Shown here one piece after another: positions 10,044-22,385 of a stretch of 64,000 nucleotides of DNA. This DNA comes from an uncultured Gemmatimonadales bacterium (lineage in GTDB: Bacteria; Gemmatimonadota; Gemmatimonadetes; Gemmatimonadales; GWC2-71-9), in assembly GCA_963825815.1 (NCBI GenBank), contig CAWGVB010000002.1:147564-211563 (forward strand), given 5' to 3'. How positions within the stretch are numbered: position 1 is the stretch's first letter; every line of letters starts with the position of its first letter. Below the pieces are notes generated by a model. The model was not told the origin of the DNA. It searched no databases and saw only the letters and a list, made by a program, of their open reading frames with translations. Position numbers and translations under genes: made by a program.

Positions 10044-10159
10044 CCTGCCGCACTCCTCTGAAAACATCAAATCTTCGCCTGCTGCTTAGGCTCGGCGAAG
10101 ACAATCAGGTCACGATAGCGCAACGAGCCGCGTATCTCGTGGGGTCAAGCGAATCGAAG

Positions 10160-10174
10160 GCAACCCGCATGCCA
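10160..10174 (-). promoter_or_regulatory. Sigma54 -24/-12 promoter
   Basis: Minus strand TGGCATGCGGGTTGC = GG-N10-GC, close to consensus TGGCAC-N5-TTGC. Confidence 0.8.
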
Positions 10175-10233
10175 GGCATGGCGCGCGCGATTTACCCTCT
10201 CAGAGGAGGGCTGCCGAAGATCGGAGCCAAAGC

Positions 10234-10283
10234 AATCGACCAGATTGTCGGACGCTTCGGGCCTAATCGACAAAATTGTTAGA
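10234..10283. promoter_or_regulatory. Twin upstream activator (enhancer) boxes
   Basis: AATCGACCAGATTGTCGGA and AATCGACAAAATTGTTAGA, 31 bp apart, with a CGAC-N6-GTCG dyad core, 60-110 bp upstream of the -24 element. Confidence 0.65.
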
Positions 10284-10328
10284 TCTGACAGATGGCGCGA
10301 TTTGGAGAATCGCCGGTCCTGCAGCAGT

Positions 10329-10712
10329 TCACGGCAGCTCGATTGGACGGAGCAAGACCAGTCTCACCGCGTCGAGGACGATGCTCAAATCGTCCAGCTT
10401 GTTGATGAGAGGCACCCCACGATCTTCGAGAGGCTGATGCACCGTGGGGTCTCGGGCGGCTCCAGTGAGAAAAACCACCCGGTTTCGGAGGTGGGGAGAA
10501 CGGGCGACCAGGGCATCGTAGAAGTCGAGGCCGTCCAACTCCGGCATGATGAAGTCACTGACCACTGCCGCAATGCTGGCATCGTCGTCCAGAGCCTCGA
10601 GCGCCGCCCGGCCCGAGTTGGCCTCCCGGACGGCAAGCCCACCGTGCTCGAAGATCTTGCGAAGCGCACTCCTGATGGGTTGCTCATCGTCAACCAGGAG
10701 CACGGTGGCCAT
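10329..10712 (-). CDS. Single-domain response regulator
   Basis: VLLVDDE, VVSDFIMP, FLTG; ATG at 10712. Confidence 0.85.
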   Translation of the reverse strand: MATVLLVDDEQPIRSALRKIFEHGGLAVREANSGRAALEALDDDASIAAVVSDFIMPELDGLDFYDALVARSPHLRNRVVFLTGAARDPTVHQPLEDRGVPLINKLDDLSIVLDAVRLVLLRPIELP

Positions 10713-10717
10713 CGGGC

Positions 10718-12853
10718 CTAGCGCCTCGATGCAGTAGTAAGACTGGCTGTACCTCGGAGCACAGTCCCACCACTGCCCGCCACAAATACGTCGCTGGGGG
10801 AGCCGCCCCAGACGCCGGCAAGCCGCTGGGAAGCGGACAGCGTCTCGCTCCAACTCTGTCCATCAAAGTGCAGAATCGTGCCCACCCCCACGGCGTACAC
10901 ATCCGCTCCGGAAGTGCCCCAGACATCGAGCAGCGGGCCGGTGGGCGGAGCCGGCATGGGGCTCCAGGCGGTGCCATCGAAGTGCAGAACCACCCCCTGA
11001 TCGTTCGAAGCTCCCACCACAAAGACATCATTGGGCGCGGCAGCCCATACCCCATTGTAGGACATGTTCGCCGCGGCCGGCTGGGCTTCCTGCCAGGTGC
11101 TGCCGTCATAATGCAGGATCACGCCCTCAGAGAACAGGCGGGCCCGGGCGGCCAGGGAAAACTTTCCCTTCAGGCTGGTGCCGGCGTCGAAAAATCCTAC
11201 CGCGTACACATCCTGCCCCGAGCTGCCGGACACGTCCCGCAGCACGCGATCCCCTCCGGCCTCCAGCGACATCTCGGACCAGCGGGTGCCGTCGTAATGG
11301 GCGATCAGAGCACGATTGAAATCGCTGCCCGCCTCACCAACCGCAAACACGTCAGTGGACGAGGCGCCCCAGACCGAGAACAGCGCCACCTGAACCGATC
11401 CGCTCTGGGTCCCGACGCCGGGTCCAGCCATCGGGGTCCACGCCGTTCCGTCGTAATGAAGAATGACGCCATCGTACCCTTTCGCACCCAGAGGACTCGT
11501 GCCCACGGCAAAGACGTCGTGGGCCCCACTGCCCCAAAGCCCGTACAGGGTCACTCCTGATTCCATCGACTGCTGGGCCCACGCCTGTCCATCGTAGTGA
11601 AAGATGCCGGCCTCATAACGACCGCCCGGTTCACCGACAGTAAACACATCTCCCGATGAGCTGCCCCAGATGCTGTAGAGGCTGAAGCTGGTCCCGGTTT
11701 CCAACCGGGTCCACGGGCTGCTGGTGGGCGGCTCGCATCCCACGGCAAAGACAATCTCCGTGACGCTCCCGCTGGTTACGGATACCGCACGAGGGTTGCT
11801 GCCGTCCAGCGTGCAACCCTCGGCCAGACCCGAGAGCGCGACGGTGTGAGCGCCGGCTTCGATGCTGTCCAGCGTTACCGCGGCAGTGGAAGCGATCTGC
11901 TGTGCGGCACCGCCATCGACGGCGAAGGTATAACTGTTGCTGTCGGGGCTGCTTCCGGTGGTTGCAGTCGAGATCCGCAAACTGCCGACCGGCGGAGGGG
12001 TACAAGTGACGGTAAAGGTCACTGTTGCGGTGCCGGCCGCAGTGACCGCCACTTGACTCGGGTTTGCCTCGGCGGGCGCGCAGCCGGTGGCCAATCCGTT
12101 CAGACGGACCAGGTGATTGCCGGCGGCGACATTGTTGAGGAGGACCGTAGCATTCAGCGCCACCGGCTGAGGGATGTCATCGACCACCAAACGGTATCCG
12201 TCCGGGTCCGTTCCCGTGGTGGCGATGGTGATTTTCAGGGTGCCGGTCTCGGGCGGAGGGGCCACACAGGTGATGGCAAAGGCCACCGCGGTCGTATCGC
12301 CGGTCTGCAGGGTGATGTCTCGGGGGTTTTCGCCAGCCAGCTGACAGTTGGCTGGTAGGCCCGAAAGCCCGATCGAGTGCACCCCCGAAGACACACTGTC
12401 CAGCGCTCTGGTCTCGGAGGCTCCGAGGGGCCCCAGGGTGTTGCCATCGAGCACGAGATCGTAGCCGGATGGAGCGGGACCCGACGTGGCGGTTGTCACC
12501 TGGATGGTGCCCACCGGAGGCACACAGGTGATCGCGAAGCTCACGGACGAAGTGGAGCCCGGCTCGACGCTCACTGCCTGCGGGTTCGTACCGCTGGCAG
12601 AGCAGCCGTCCGGTAGTCCTGCCAGCTGGATGACGTGGGACCCGGTCTCCAGGTTTTCCCGGGAGATCGTGGCATTGGTGCCGATTGCCTGGGGCGGCTC
12701 ACCGTCTACTCGATAGCTATAACCCTCCGCGGTCACTTCACCCGCGGTCTCGGTTCTGATCTGCAGAATCCCCGTTGTGGGATCGGTCGGTTCGGTCGTG
12801 TCACTACCGCAGGCACACAGCACGGCAAGAAGCACTGGGACGTAAGAGCGCAT
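10718..12853 (-). CDS. Surface lipoprotein: four Ig-like repeats + C-terminal beta-propeller
   Basis: Lipobox LCAC; four ~88-aa repeats (G.L.I.T.T.G...DG...G.H.V.L.GL...C...NP...F...C); repeated WG...DVFAVG...ILHYDG..W blades. Confidence 0.8.
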   Translation of the reverse strand: MRSYVPVLLAVLCACGSDTTEPTDPTTGILQIRTETAGEVTAEGYSYRVDGEPPQAIGTNATISRENLETGSHVIQLAGLPDGCSASGTNPQAVSVEPGSTSSVSFAITCVPPVGTIQVTTATSGPAPSGYDLVLDGNTLGPLGASETRALDSVSSGVHSIGLSGLPANCQLAGENPRDITLQTGDTTAVAFAITCVAPPPETGTLKITIATTGTDPDGYRLVVDDIPQPVALNATVLLNNVAAGNHLVRLNGLATGCAPAEANPSQVAVTAAGTATVTFTVTCTPPPVGSLRISTATTGSSPDSNSYTFAVDGGAAQQIASTAAVTLDSIEAGAHTVALSGLAEGCTLDGSNPRAVSVTSGSVTEIVFAVGCEPPTSSPWTRLETGTSFSLYSIWGSSSGDVFTVGEPGGRYEAGIFHYDGQAWAQQSMESGVTLYGLWGSGAHDVFAVGTSPLGAKGYDGVILHYDGTAWTPMAGPGVGTQSGSVQVALFSVWGASSTDVFAVGEAGSDFNRALIAHYDGTRWSEMSLEAGGDRVLRDVSGSSGQDVYAVGFFDAGTSLKGKFSLAARARLFSEGVILHYDGSTWQEAQPAAANMSYNGVWAAAPNDVFVVGASNDQGVVLHFDGTAWSPMPAPPTGPLLDVWGTSGADVYAVGVGTILHFDGQSWSETLSASQRLAGVWGGSPSDVFVAGSGGTVLRGTASLTTASRR

Positions 12854-13097
12854 TGGGCTTCACCCTTCCGGGCACCACAACTGGATGCCACCACGCCTGG
12901 CCGGCTGAGCAAACCAGGATTCGCAGGATTGAGTCGCCCAGGGGGGCCGGACTGTCCCGGCAGAGCGGCCGAATGTTGGCTGGGGTCGGCCTGAGGTGCA
13001 ATGGCCGGTTGCGGCCCCCGGAAGCACGCAGTGCAACGATTGGCGCGGTGCAGTCCAAATTGACCCTGAGGTCAGCGACAGGGTAGATTCCCGCACA

Positions 13098-14351
13098 ATG
13101 AGTTCCATCACCGTCGAGAAGACCGCCGAAGATTCCGCCTCCAAGTCATTGCACGTGACGGTACCGGTTGACCGCATCCGCGAGGCGGAAGCCCGGGCCC
13201 TGAAGTACTATGCCAAGCGGGCTCGCCTGCCGGGATTTCGACCGGGCAAGGCGCCTGATACCGTCGTCCGCAAGCGCTTCGGCGATGCCATTCGCCAGAC
13301 GGTGCTCGAAGAAGTGATTCGGGAGAGCTGGGAAACCGCCAAGACCAGTGAGTCGCTCAAACCGATTACCGATCCATCGATTCGAAATCTGAAGTTCGAA
13401 GAGGGAAGCCCGATCGAGTTCGAGCTGCTGGTTGAAGTGCGGCCGGAGCTCAAGCTGGATCGAATCGGGGGCTTCCGGCTGGAGCGGCGGGTAGCGCCGG
13501 TAACCGATGAGGCGGTGACGGAGCAGCTGGCCCGAATCCAGGAGCACAAGGCCACCTGGATCCCCATCGAGGGAACCAAGCCGGCGCCAGGCCAGATGGT
13601 TCGCGTGGAGGTCGCTCCAATAGAGAACGGCGTGGCCGGGCCGGTTCAGCCGCACGACCTGGTGCTGGGCGAGAACCAGGCCATTCCGGAGCTGGAAGAG
13701 CAGATCATGGGGCTGCTCCCGGGCGAGACCACCGAGACCGATGTCCGCTTTCCCGAGGACCATCCGGATGAGGCCCGCCGGGGTCAGACCCGCCGGGTGC
13801 GGATCTCGCTGCATGAGGTGAAGCGGCAGGAGCTGCCGCCGCTGGACGATGCCCTGGCCCGTGAGTCGGGCGACTTCGAGAGCCTGGACGCACTCAGGGC
13901 CGCCATCCGCCAGGATCTCGAGCGCGAGGCGGGACGCGAGGCCGACGCCCAGCTGCGGCAGCAGCTGATCGCCCAGATCGTCGAGGCCAACCGGGTCGAG
14001 GCCCCGCACTCCCTGGTTCACCGGCTACTGCACGGTTACGCCGAGATGTACAAGGTTCCCCAGGACCAGCTCGAGGGGTTCGAGCAGCAGTTTCATGGGA
14101 TCGCGGAGACCCAGGTCAAGCGCGATCTCGTGCTCGATGCTCTGATTGAAACGCACGGCCTGCGCGCCACCGAGTCGGATATCGACGAGCGAATCAACAG
14201 CATGGCCGCTGCCCGGGGAACGCCCGCGGGCCAGGTGTATGCCTCCCTGCAAAAGGCCAACCGGCTCCAGGAGCTGGAGCGGGTGCTTACCGAGGACAAG
14301 GTCTTCGATTTCCTCCTGAAGCAGTCCACCATTGAAGAGGTCAAGTCCTGA
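13098..14351 (+). CDS. tig: Trigger factor
   Basis: [10 protein letters not shown] ribosome-binding motif, FKBP-like middle domain, synteny with clpP/clpX. Confidence 0.95.
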   Translation: MSSITVEKTAEDSASKSLHVTVPVDRIREAEARALKYYAKRARLPGFRPGKAPDTVVRKRFGDAIRQTVLEEVIRESWETAKTSESLKPITDPSIRNLKFEEGSPIEFELLVEVRPELKLDRIGGFRLERRVAPVTDEAVTEQLARIQEHKATWIPIEGTKPAPGQMVRVEVAPIENGVAGPVQPHDLVLGENQAIPELEEQIMGLLPGETTETDVRFPEDHPDEARRGQTRRVRISLHEVKRQELPPLDDALARESGDFESLDALRAAIRQDLEREAGREADAQLRQQLIAQIVEANRVEAPHSLVHRLLHGYAEMYKVPQDQLEGFEQQFHGIAETQVKRDLVLDALIETHGLRATESDIDERINSMAAARGTPAGQVYASLQKANRLQELERVLTEDKVFDFLLKQSTIEEVKS

Positions 14352-14353
14352 CG

Positions 14354-14989
14354 ATGGCCACTCTGTATCCGCCCTATATCATCGAGCGTTCCAGTCGCGG
14401 CGAGCGCACCTACGACATCTTTTCCCGCCTGCTGATGGACCGGATCGTGTTTCTGGGCGCTCCCATCAATGACGACGTCTCGAACATCATCATCGCGCAG
14501 CTTCTGTTCCTCGAGGCCGACAACCCGGATAAGGACATCTACCTCTATATCAATTCGCCGGGTGGGGTGGTGTCGGCCGGCATGGCCATCTACGACACCA
14601 TGCAGCACCTGAGAGCGCCGGTGAACACCATCTGCATGGGAATGGCTGCTTCGATGGGGTCCTTCCTGCTGGCCGCCGGCGCCAAGGGCAAGCGCAGCGC
14701 GCTGCCCCATTCCCGGATCATGATCCACCAGCCCTCGGGCGGGGCCCAGGGCACAGCGGCCGACATCGAGATCCAGGCTCGCGAGATCCTCTATCTCCGC
14801 TCCAAGATGAACTCGCTCTACGCGCTCCATACCGGGCAGCCGATCGAGACCATCGAGCGGGACATGGATCGCGACCGGTTCATGAGCGCCGAAGAAGCCA
14901 AGGCGTATGGCTTGATCGACAGCGTGTTCACGCCGCACAAGGACCTGGTGCCACACGCGAACGGCAAGGACGGCAAGGAGAAGACTTGA
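14354..14989 (+). CDS. clpP: ATP-dependent Clp protease proteolytic subunit
   Basis: [26 protein letters not shown]. Confidence 0.98.
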   Translation: MATLYPPYIIERSSRGERTYDIFSRLLMDRIVFLGAPINDDVSNIIIAQLLFLEADNPDKDIYLYINSPGGVVSAGMAIYDTMQHLRAPVNTICMGMAASMGSFLLAAGAKGKRSALPHSRIMIHQPSGGAQGTAADIEIQAREILYLRSKMNSLYALHTGQPIETIERDMDRDRFMSAEEAKAYGLIDSVFTPHKDLVPHANGKDGKEKT

Positions 14990-15051
14990 CGGTCGGGAGA
15001 CCCGGGGGCAGTTTACCCGGCACCCAATCCACCTCCATCACGAAGCGCTCC

Positions 15052-16295
<1,244 letters not shown>

Positions 16296-16299
<4 letters not shown>

Positions 16300-17015
16300 G
16301 ACCAGCGGGGCAGCGGGGCAGCGGGGCGGCGGAGGCAGAGAAGGACGAGCGGTCAGGCGGTCAGGCGGTCGGCAAGGGCGCACAGGGTGCGCCCTTCTCA
16401 CGTGCGGGTAGTGCACCCAATCCGCTGGCGTCGCAGCCGGTCGAGTTCATCGGTTCTTTTCCGGACGCCGGCGTGCGGCTGGAGCCCTCGCTTCCCGAGA
16501 TCGCCTTCATCGGGCGGTCGAACGTAGGCAAATCGAGCCTGATCAATGCCCTGTTGGGCCGACCCGGGATGGCCCGGGTCAGCGGCTCTCCCGGCAAGAC
16601 CACACTGCTCAATTTTTACCGGCTGCCATCGCTGTATCTGGTGGATCTGCCGGGCTATGGCTTTGCCCGGGCCAGCAAGACCGATCGGGCCGGCTATCGC
16701 AAGCTCATCCACAGCTATCTCCGGACCAGGCAGACCCTGAGCGGGATCGTGTGGCTGCTCGACATTCGACACGACCCATCGAAGGAAGATCGGGAGATGC
16801 AGGAGTTGTTGATCGAGAGCCGCCGACCGGTGCTAGCGGTCCTGACCAAATCGGATAAGTTGAGCCGCTCCGCCGTTGCAGCCCGTCAGCGGGAGCTGGC
16901 AGAGATCCTGCAGCTCCGGCAGGACCAGGTCGAAATGACCAGCAGCCGTTCGGCAGCGGGAATAGCCGAGCTGGCCCAGAGTGTCTTGGCAGCCGCCCAA
17001 GGGGAAAACCCATGA
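16296..17015 (+). CDS. engB: Ribosome biogenesis GTPase YihA/EngB (start uncertain)
   Basis: [23 protein letters not shown]; in-frame GTG overlaps the clpX stop (GTGA). Confidence 0.9.
16303..16396. repeat. Octamer arrays (CAGCGGGG)x3 and (GCGGTCAG)x3 plus a hairpin
   Basis: 16303-16326 and 16349-16372; AAGGGCGCAC-agg-GTGCGCCCTT at 16374-16396. Confidence 0.8.
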
Positions 17016-17629
17016 GCCTGCGTCATCTTGCTCTCGCTGTTCTGCTGCTCGGCTGCGCTCGGCCGGCCACAGGCCAGGCGCCGGCCCAGGGCCGGCCACT
17101 TCCCCAGGGGTATGGCAGCCTGTCCCAGGACGATCTCTCCCTCCGGGTAGGCGATGACAATCTGGTCATCCGATTCGTCCCGCTCGATCCCAGGCTCATG
17201 CCCCTCTTTGCCCGGGACGCCGCTCAATCGCTTCGCTCCCTGCTCGACAGCCACAAACGGGCTATCGATTCGGTGGCGTCGCGGGCCGGAGTGGCCACTC
17301 CGGGTATCGGGCTGGTCAGCTTCTTCGGACAACGGGCCGATGTAAGGTTCGACCCCCAAACCTTGACCATCCTCATCAGAAACCGGGTGTTCCGCCCGCT
17401 TGGCGTCATTGCCCTGAGTTCCCGGTTCAATTCTCAGCAGCTCGGCGTACGGGAGCAGGCGAGTGCGCTGTATCTGTTCGAGGAGGAGATTCCGGTCAAC
17501 GACTCGTTCCTGCTGTCGTATGGGGCGCTGACCTCGGAAGACTGGGAGCGGAAGCTGCCGCTGCTGGACCGGGAGCGAGCCCGGGTGGCCGCCCGATCCA
17601 GAACCGAGCCGATCGATACCGGGCGATAG
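17012..17629 (+). CDS. Hypothetical lipoprotein
   Basis: Lipobox LLGC; ATGA overlap with engB. Confidence 0.7.
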   Translation: MSLRHLALAVLLLGCARPATGQAPAQGRPLPQGYGSLSQDDLSLRVGDDNLVIRFVPLDPRLMPLFARDAAQSLRSLLDSHKRAIDSVASRAGVATPGIGLVSFFGQRADVRFDPQTLTILIRNRVFRPLGVIALSSRFNSQQLGVREQASALYLFEEEIPVNDSFLLSYGALTSEDWERKLPLLDRERARVAARSRTEPIDTGR

Positions 17630-17798
17630 CCGGTCTCGAGTCAGGACCTGCAGCAGAGCTGCCACGGTTACGTGCAAATCATTTCCCTGTAAAATCCCAC
17701 TGCTGCATTCGGCACCACTGGTGTCCCCCTTTCCCCCTACGCATCATTAGACTAAACGCGCACTTCCACCCCCTCACGGGGACTGAACGAGACCCCCC

Positions 17799-18644
17799 AT
17801 GGTTCTGCTGCCGTTGCGCGAAGTCCGCCTGCCCAAGGCTACCGACCAGTTTTACGACGGATGGCTGGCCGATCTCGAGGAACATCTGTCGCAGCCGAAG
17901 GCTGACTGGCACCGGATCACCCGCGAGCTGCTGTTCCAGATCACCTACCCGGGCGCACAGGATTATGACGGGATGCTGCAGGACCCCAAGACCCCGGAAG
18001 CCACCCGGGTTGCCCTGCTCTCGCTGGATCCGCGGAACATCACGCTGGAGCCGGAGTATTACTCGGAGGTGGACGCCGAGCGGTACGCCCGGGTGAAACC
18101 GCTGATCTGGCTGTGGCAGAGCTTCGACCGTTCGCCGCTCGGCGGCGGGAACGTGCATCTGGGGGTTCGGTTCCGCCGACTTCTGGCCCGACACATCTTC
18201 GCCCGGGTGGGCCGCAACTTCAAAGCGTTTCAGTTCGTGGAGTTTTCCTTCGGGTACAACCTGGAGGTGGGCGATGACGTCGTGGTCCACCGCAACGTGC
18301 TGCTGGACGATCGCGGAGGCATCACGCTGGGCAACCGGGTGAGCATCTCCGATTACGCCAACATCTACAGCCACACCCACAGCATCGTGGACCAGAAGGA
18401 TGTCACCAACGCACGAACCGTTCTCGAAGACGACGTTCGAATTACCTATCACGCCACTGTGCTGGCGGGTGTTCGCGTGGGTCGAAACGCCATGGTCGGG
18501 GCCAATGCGGTGGCTACCAAGGACGTACGGCCCTATCACGTGAATGTGGGTATTCCTGCCAAGTCGATCCGAATCAAGCCGAACGCGCCACCGGAGGCAT
18601 ACGTGACCGAGCGCGTCGTCCGAAGCCAAGCCCGGGAGCCCTGA
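17799..18644 (+). CDS. Hexapeptide-repeat (left-handed beta-helix) acyltransferase
   Basis: LEVGDDVVVH, ITLGNRVSIS, VRVGRNAMVGANAVATKDV, VGIPAK. Confidence 0.85.
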   Translation: MVLLPLREVRLPKATDQFYDGWLADLEEHLSQPKADWHRITRELLFQITYPGAQDYDGMLQDPKTPEATRVALLSLDPRNITLEPEYYSEVDAERYARVKPLIWLWQSFDRSPLGGGNVHLGVRFRRLLARHIFARVGRNFKAFQFVEFSFGYNLEVGDDVVVHRNVLLDDRGGITLGNRVSISDYANIYSHTHSIVDQKDVTNARTVLEDDVRITYHATVLAGVRVGRNAMVGANAVATKDVRPYHVNVGIPAKSIRIKPNAPPEAYVTERVVRSQAREP

Positions 18645-18678
18645 GCTGGCGCGCCGTCAGGCTGCTCCTCCTCTCCCG

Positions 18679-20964
18679 ATGGCGGCTGTTGCCGCCCTGG
18701 CCGCAGTGGTGTCCATCATTGCGGCGATCCTCACCACCCACGCGCTGCCTCGCCTCGCCGCTACACTGCTGCTCTTCCTTGCCGTGGCGCTGGTGGCTGT
18801 CTCGCTCTGGTTCCGCGCAGTGGGAGATCCCGCTTCAGCTCGTCTCCACGGTCCTCCTCGGGGTCATCGCGTGGTGGGCGGAGGAACGCGTCTGGTGGAT
18901 CTCGCTGTTCGCCTTGGTCCAGCGTGCTGGGGACCTTCTCGGTGGCGCTGCTCCGAGCCCGGAAGCGCGCCGGGGATGCTGAGGCCAAAGCCGACCAGCT
19001 GGCGGTGCAGGTCGACCGCCGCATCAGCGAGCTGTTTTCGCTGCAGGAGCTGAGCTACGTCCTGTCGGAGTCGATTCAGCTGGATCGAGTGGTGGACCAG
19101 GTCGCGAAGTATGCCGCTCGATTCCTCCAGGCCGACGGGGCCATCGTGGTGGTGGTGGAGACGGATGGCAAACTGCTCCGGGTGGTGGCCGGATCGGGGA
19201 CGCTGGAATCCATGGTGGGCCAGGTCAGCGCCGACTCGGAGAGCGCACTGGTTCGGTTCGCCATCGGTCGAGACCGGATCGAGGTGGCCCAAGGCGAAGA
19301 TACCCCGACCGTGGACCTCATCGGCGGGGTGTTGGTGCGCTCAGCCGCCGTGGCGCCGCTCCGGGCTCAGGGCATCACGATGGGTGCACTGGCCGTGGCC
19401 GATCGGAGGGGAGGGCCATTTACCACCGAAGACCTCTGGCTCTTGTCCACCGTCGCCACCAACGCCTCGGTCGTGCTGGCCAATAGCCGCCTCTACGAAA
19501 TGGTTCGCCGAGGGCAGCAGGAGTGGGAAACCGCTTTCAACGCGCTGGCGGAGGGAATCGCCGTGGTTGGGCCGGGTGGCGCAATTCTCAGGGCCAACCG
19601 CGCCTTGGCCAGCCTGGCGGACGTTGCCGAGCCTGAGCTGGTGGGACGAGACTTCTCGGAGCTGTTTGCTGGAGCCGCAGAACCGGTGGCCGGGATGATC
19701 GAGGCGGCCTATCGTGGAGAGAAGGGCGCTCCCCTTGTCGTACGGCTGGACGAGAGCCAACGGGTTCTGAGGCTGACCGCGGCACCACTGGCAGGAGTCC
19801 GGCCCGGCTCGGTGGTGATCCTGATCGAAGATGTTACCGAGCAGCGGATGCTCGAGGCTCAGATCATTCAGAACGACAAGATGGCGTCGATCGGACAGCT
19901 CGTCTCCGGCGTGGCTCATGAGCTGAACAATCCGCTGACGTCGATAGCCGGCCTGGCGGAGCTGTTGCTGGAGCGTCCGGCCCATCCCGATGTTCCTCGC
20001 GAGCACCTCCGGGTCATCCACGATCAGGCCGAACGGGCCGGGCGAATCGTGCGCAATCTGTTGACCTTCGCCCGAAAGGGCGGAGTCAGTGAGAAAACGG
20101 CGGTGGATCTGAATGATGTGGTAACCCGGACATCGCTTCTAATCGTCTACGAGCTCCAGCTGCATGGCATCGATCTGAATTCCGAGCTGAGCCCCGATCC
20201 GGTGATCGTCCTGGGAGACCGCTACGAGCTGCAGCAGGTGCTGCTCAATCTGATCACCAACGCCGTGCAGGCGGTTACCAGTCTTCCGTCTGAGCAGGAC
20301 CGGCGGATTACCCTGCTCACCAGCCGGGAAGACGGAGAGGCGGTGCTGCGAGTCCGGGACAACGGGCCTGGAGTGCCGAAGCACCTGGCGCCGTATCTCT
20401 TCACCCCGTTCTTCACGACCAAAGCGCCCGGCGAAGGCACCGGGTTGGGGCTCTCGCTCAGTTACGGCCTGGTTAAGGCACACGGCGGAGACCTTACCTA
20501 CGAGCAGCCGGGCGAGACCGGAGCCGAGTTCCGGATTAACCTGCCGGTCTACGAAACCGACCTGCCGGCGGAGGCTGCGGCCCCCAGCACCGACAACGGG
20601 CGATCACACCGCCGCATTCTCGTGGTGGACGAAGACCCGGCGGTGCATCGTCTGGTCCGCGCGCTCTTCGCCCCGGATGGGCACGCGGTCGAATCCGTGA
20701 GGTCGGGAGAACAGGCCCTCAGATTGGCCCAGGAGGGAGAATACGACATGATCATCGCGGATGTGCGGATGCCGACCGGATCGGCCGAGCCGTTCGCGCA
20801 CGCGCTGCTCCACACCTGTCCCCAGGCTCGAAGCCGGCTGGTCGTTGCCTGCCGGGGTGAAGAGGAGCTGCCCCCGCCCTTCACCGGACAACCGATCCGC
20901 CGGGTGAGGAAGCCATTCAACCCGAGGGACCTGCGGACGCGTAGCAAAGGAGATTCTTCAGTAG
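18679..20964 (+). CDS. Hybrid sensor histidine kinase (TM-GAF-PAS-HisKA-HATPase-REC); frameshifts near 18820, 18920 and 20940
   Basis: GVAHELNNPL, NLITNA, DNGPG, GTGLGL, receiver domain; the corrected C-terminus ends VAKEILQ* at 20964. Confidence 0.88.
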
Positions 20965-22385
20965 CCTGCCGCGCTGGCCGGCTTCCACGGGAGCACGCTG
21001 ATCCGGCCCTTCACCTTGGCAGTTGCGGTTGACGCGTCCGCCGTTGCCCAGTAGTTCCCGCCTGCCGCCAGATCCGGGGCCTCGATGAACCAGCGGGACG
21101 CGCGAAGAAAGATGTTGCCGGTCACCTCGCTGGCGTGGCCGTCCCCGTCCACCACCAATCCGTCCCCCACCCCGTCGAAGATGTTTCCCCGGATCTGCGC
21201 CCGGGTGGTATGCTCCATCACGATGCCCTGTTCCAGTCGCGACAGCCGATTGTCGTCGATCCGGTAACGCCGACTGGAATCGCCCTGCTGAGCCGGCGCG
21301 GCCACCCTGATCCCCACACCTCCGCCGATCACGACGTTTCCCAGAATCACGTTGTCGTTGCCGTTTTCGCTGACGATGCCGGCTGTTCGGGCACCGATGA
21401 TGGTATTGCCCCTGACCGTCGACCCGCCCGAGTGCGTCAGCCTGATTCCGATGACGGTGCTGTCCGCCCGATTGTCCAGAAAGAGGTTGTTCCACCCGAA
21501 GGACGAAACGAAGGCGGTCCGCAAGGCGGCTGAGGCGTCGTTGCGGTACACCAGGTTACCGACCGATGGCTCCATTGCCTTGGGATCCCCGGCGAGGAGA
21601 AGACCCAGGCTCGATGCGCTGAGGTCGTTGTCGACGATGGTGTTGGAGTCGCTTGCGTTGCGAAGGAGCAGGGCGGCCGCGCCGCAATCCCCGGCCGGCA
21701 CCTGGGACTCACAGCGGCGGGTATGGTCGGCGCGATTCCGGGCAATGACGTTGCGGGCCGACCGCCAGAGCTGAATGCCCCAACCATTGTTCGCCGACAC
21801 ATCGTTGTCGGCGATGTAGCTGTCGCGCACCTCCATGAGCGCGATCCCGTTTTGAGCGGCCCGAGCAGTGACTCCGGTGATGCTGGTTCCGCTGGTTCGC
21901 CGGAGCAGAATGCCGCCGCCATACCGCTCGAAGCTGTCCGCCCGAATCAGGTTCAGTTGGTCTGCGGCCTCCGGCCGCGCCGGCGTGGAGCGCACGCCCT
22001 GGTCCCGGCTGCCGGAGAGATCGGCGCCGCTGACCCGGTGAGACCGGCCACCCTCCAAGCGGATCCCGTACCGGTAGCCATGGATGGCACCGCCGGTGAT
22101 GCTTACGGCGTCCACGCCCCGGCTGGTGATACCAGCGCCCACGAACCGAGCCGGCACTGAGTCGCCGCTCTCCAGAATCACTCCGGTCAGATCGATCCGG
22201 GTGCCCGAGGCCGCGGCAATGATGATGCCTTGCTCGTTGGCGTCGGCAATCCGATAGCGGCCCGGGCAGACCCGCACCTCACCCTGTACCTGGGTGCCGG
22301 CACGGATGGGCCTGATGCACGGCGCAGCCTTGCCCGAGGAAGGAGACCAGATCGTCAGGAGGGGAAGCAGAAACGGGCTCAGCAT
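20958..22385 (-). CDS. Secreted right-handed parallel beta-helix (NosD-like) protein
   Basis: Signal peptide MLSPFLLPLL; repeated N...N.I..N / GI.L motifs; GNYW near the C-terminus. Confidence 0.8.
   Translation of the reverse strand: MLSPFLLPLLTIWSPSSGKAAPCIRPIRAGTQVQGEVRVCPGRYRIADANEQGIIIAAASGTRIDLTGVILESGDSVPARFVGAGITSRGVDAVSITGGAIHGYRYGIRLEGGRSHRVSGADLSGSRDQGVRSTPARPEAADQLNLIRADSFERYGGGILLRRTSGTSITGVTARAAQNGIALMEVRDSYIADNDVSANNGWGIQLWRSARNVIARNRADHTRRCESQVPAGDCGAAALLLRNASDSNTIVDNDLSASSLGLLLAGDPKAMEPSVGNLVYRNDASAALRTAFVSSFGWNNLFLDNRADSTVIGIRLTHSGGSTVRGNTIIGARTAGIVSENGNDNVILGNVVIGGGVGIRVAAPAQQGDSSRRYRIDDNRLSRLEQGIVMEHTTRAQIRGNIFDGVGDGLVVDGDGHASEVTGNIFLRASRWFIEAPDLAAGGNYWATADASTATAKVKGRISVLPWKPASAAGY

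Noticed and set aside
3658-12900. Genomic island integrated at tRNA-Leu
   Set aside because: No integrase and no duplicated tRNA 3' end were seen; composition resembles the flanks.
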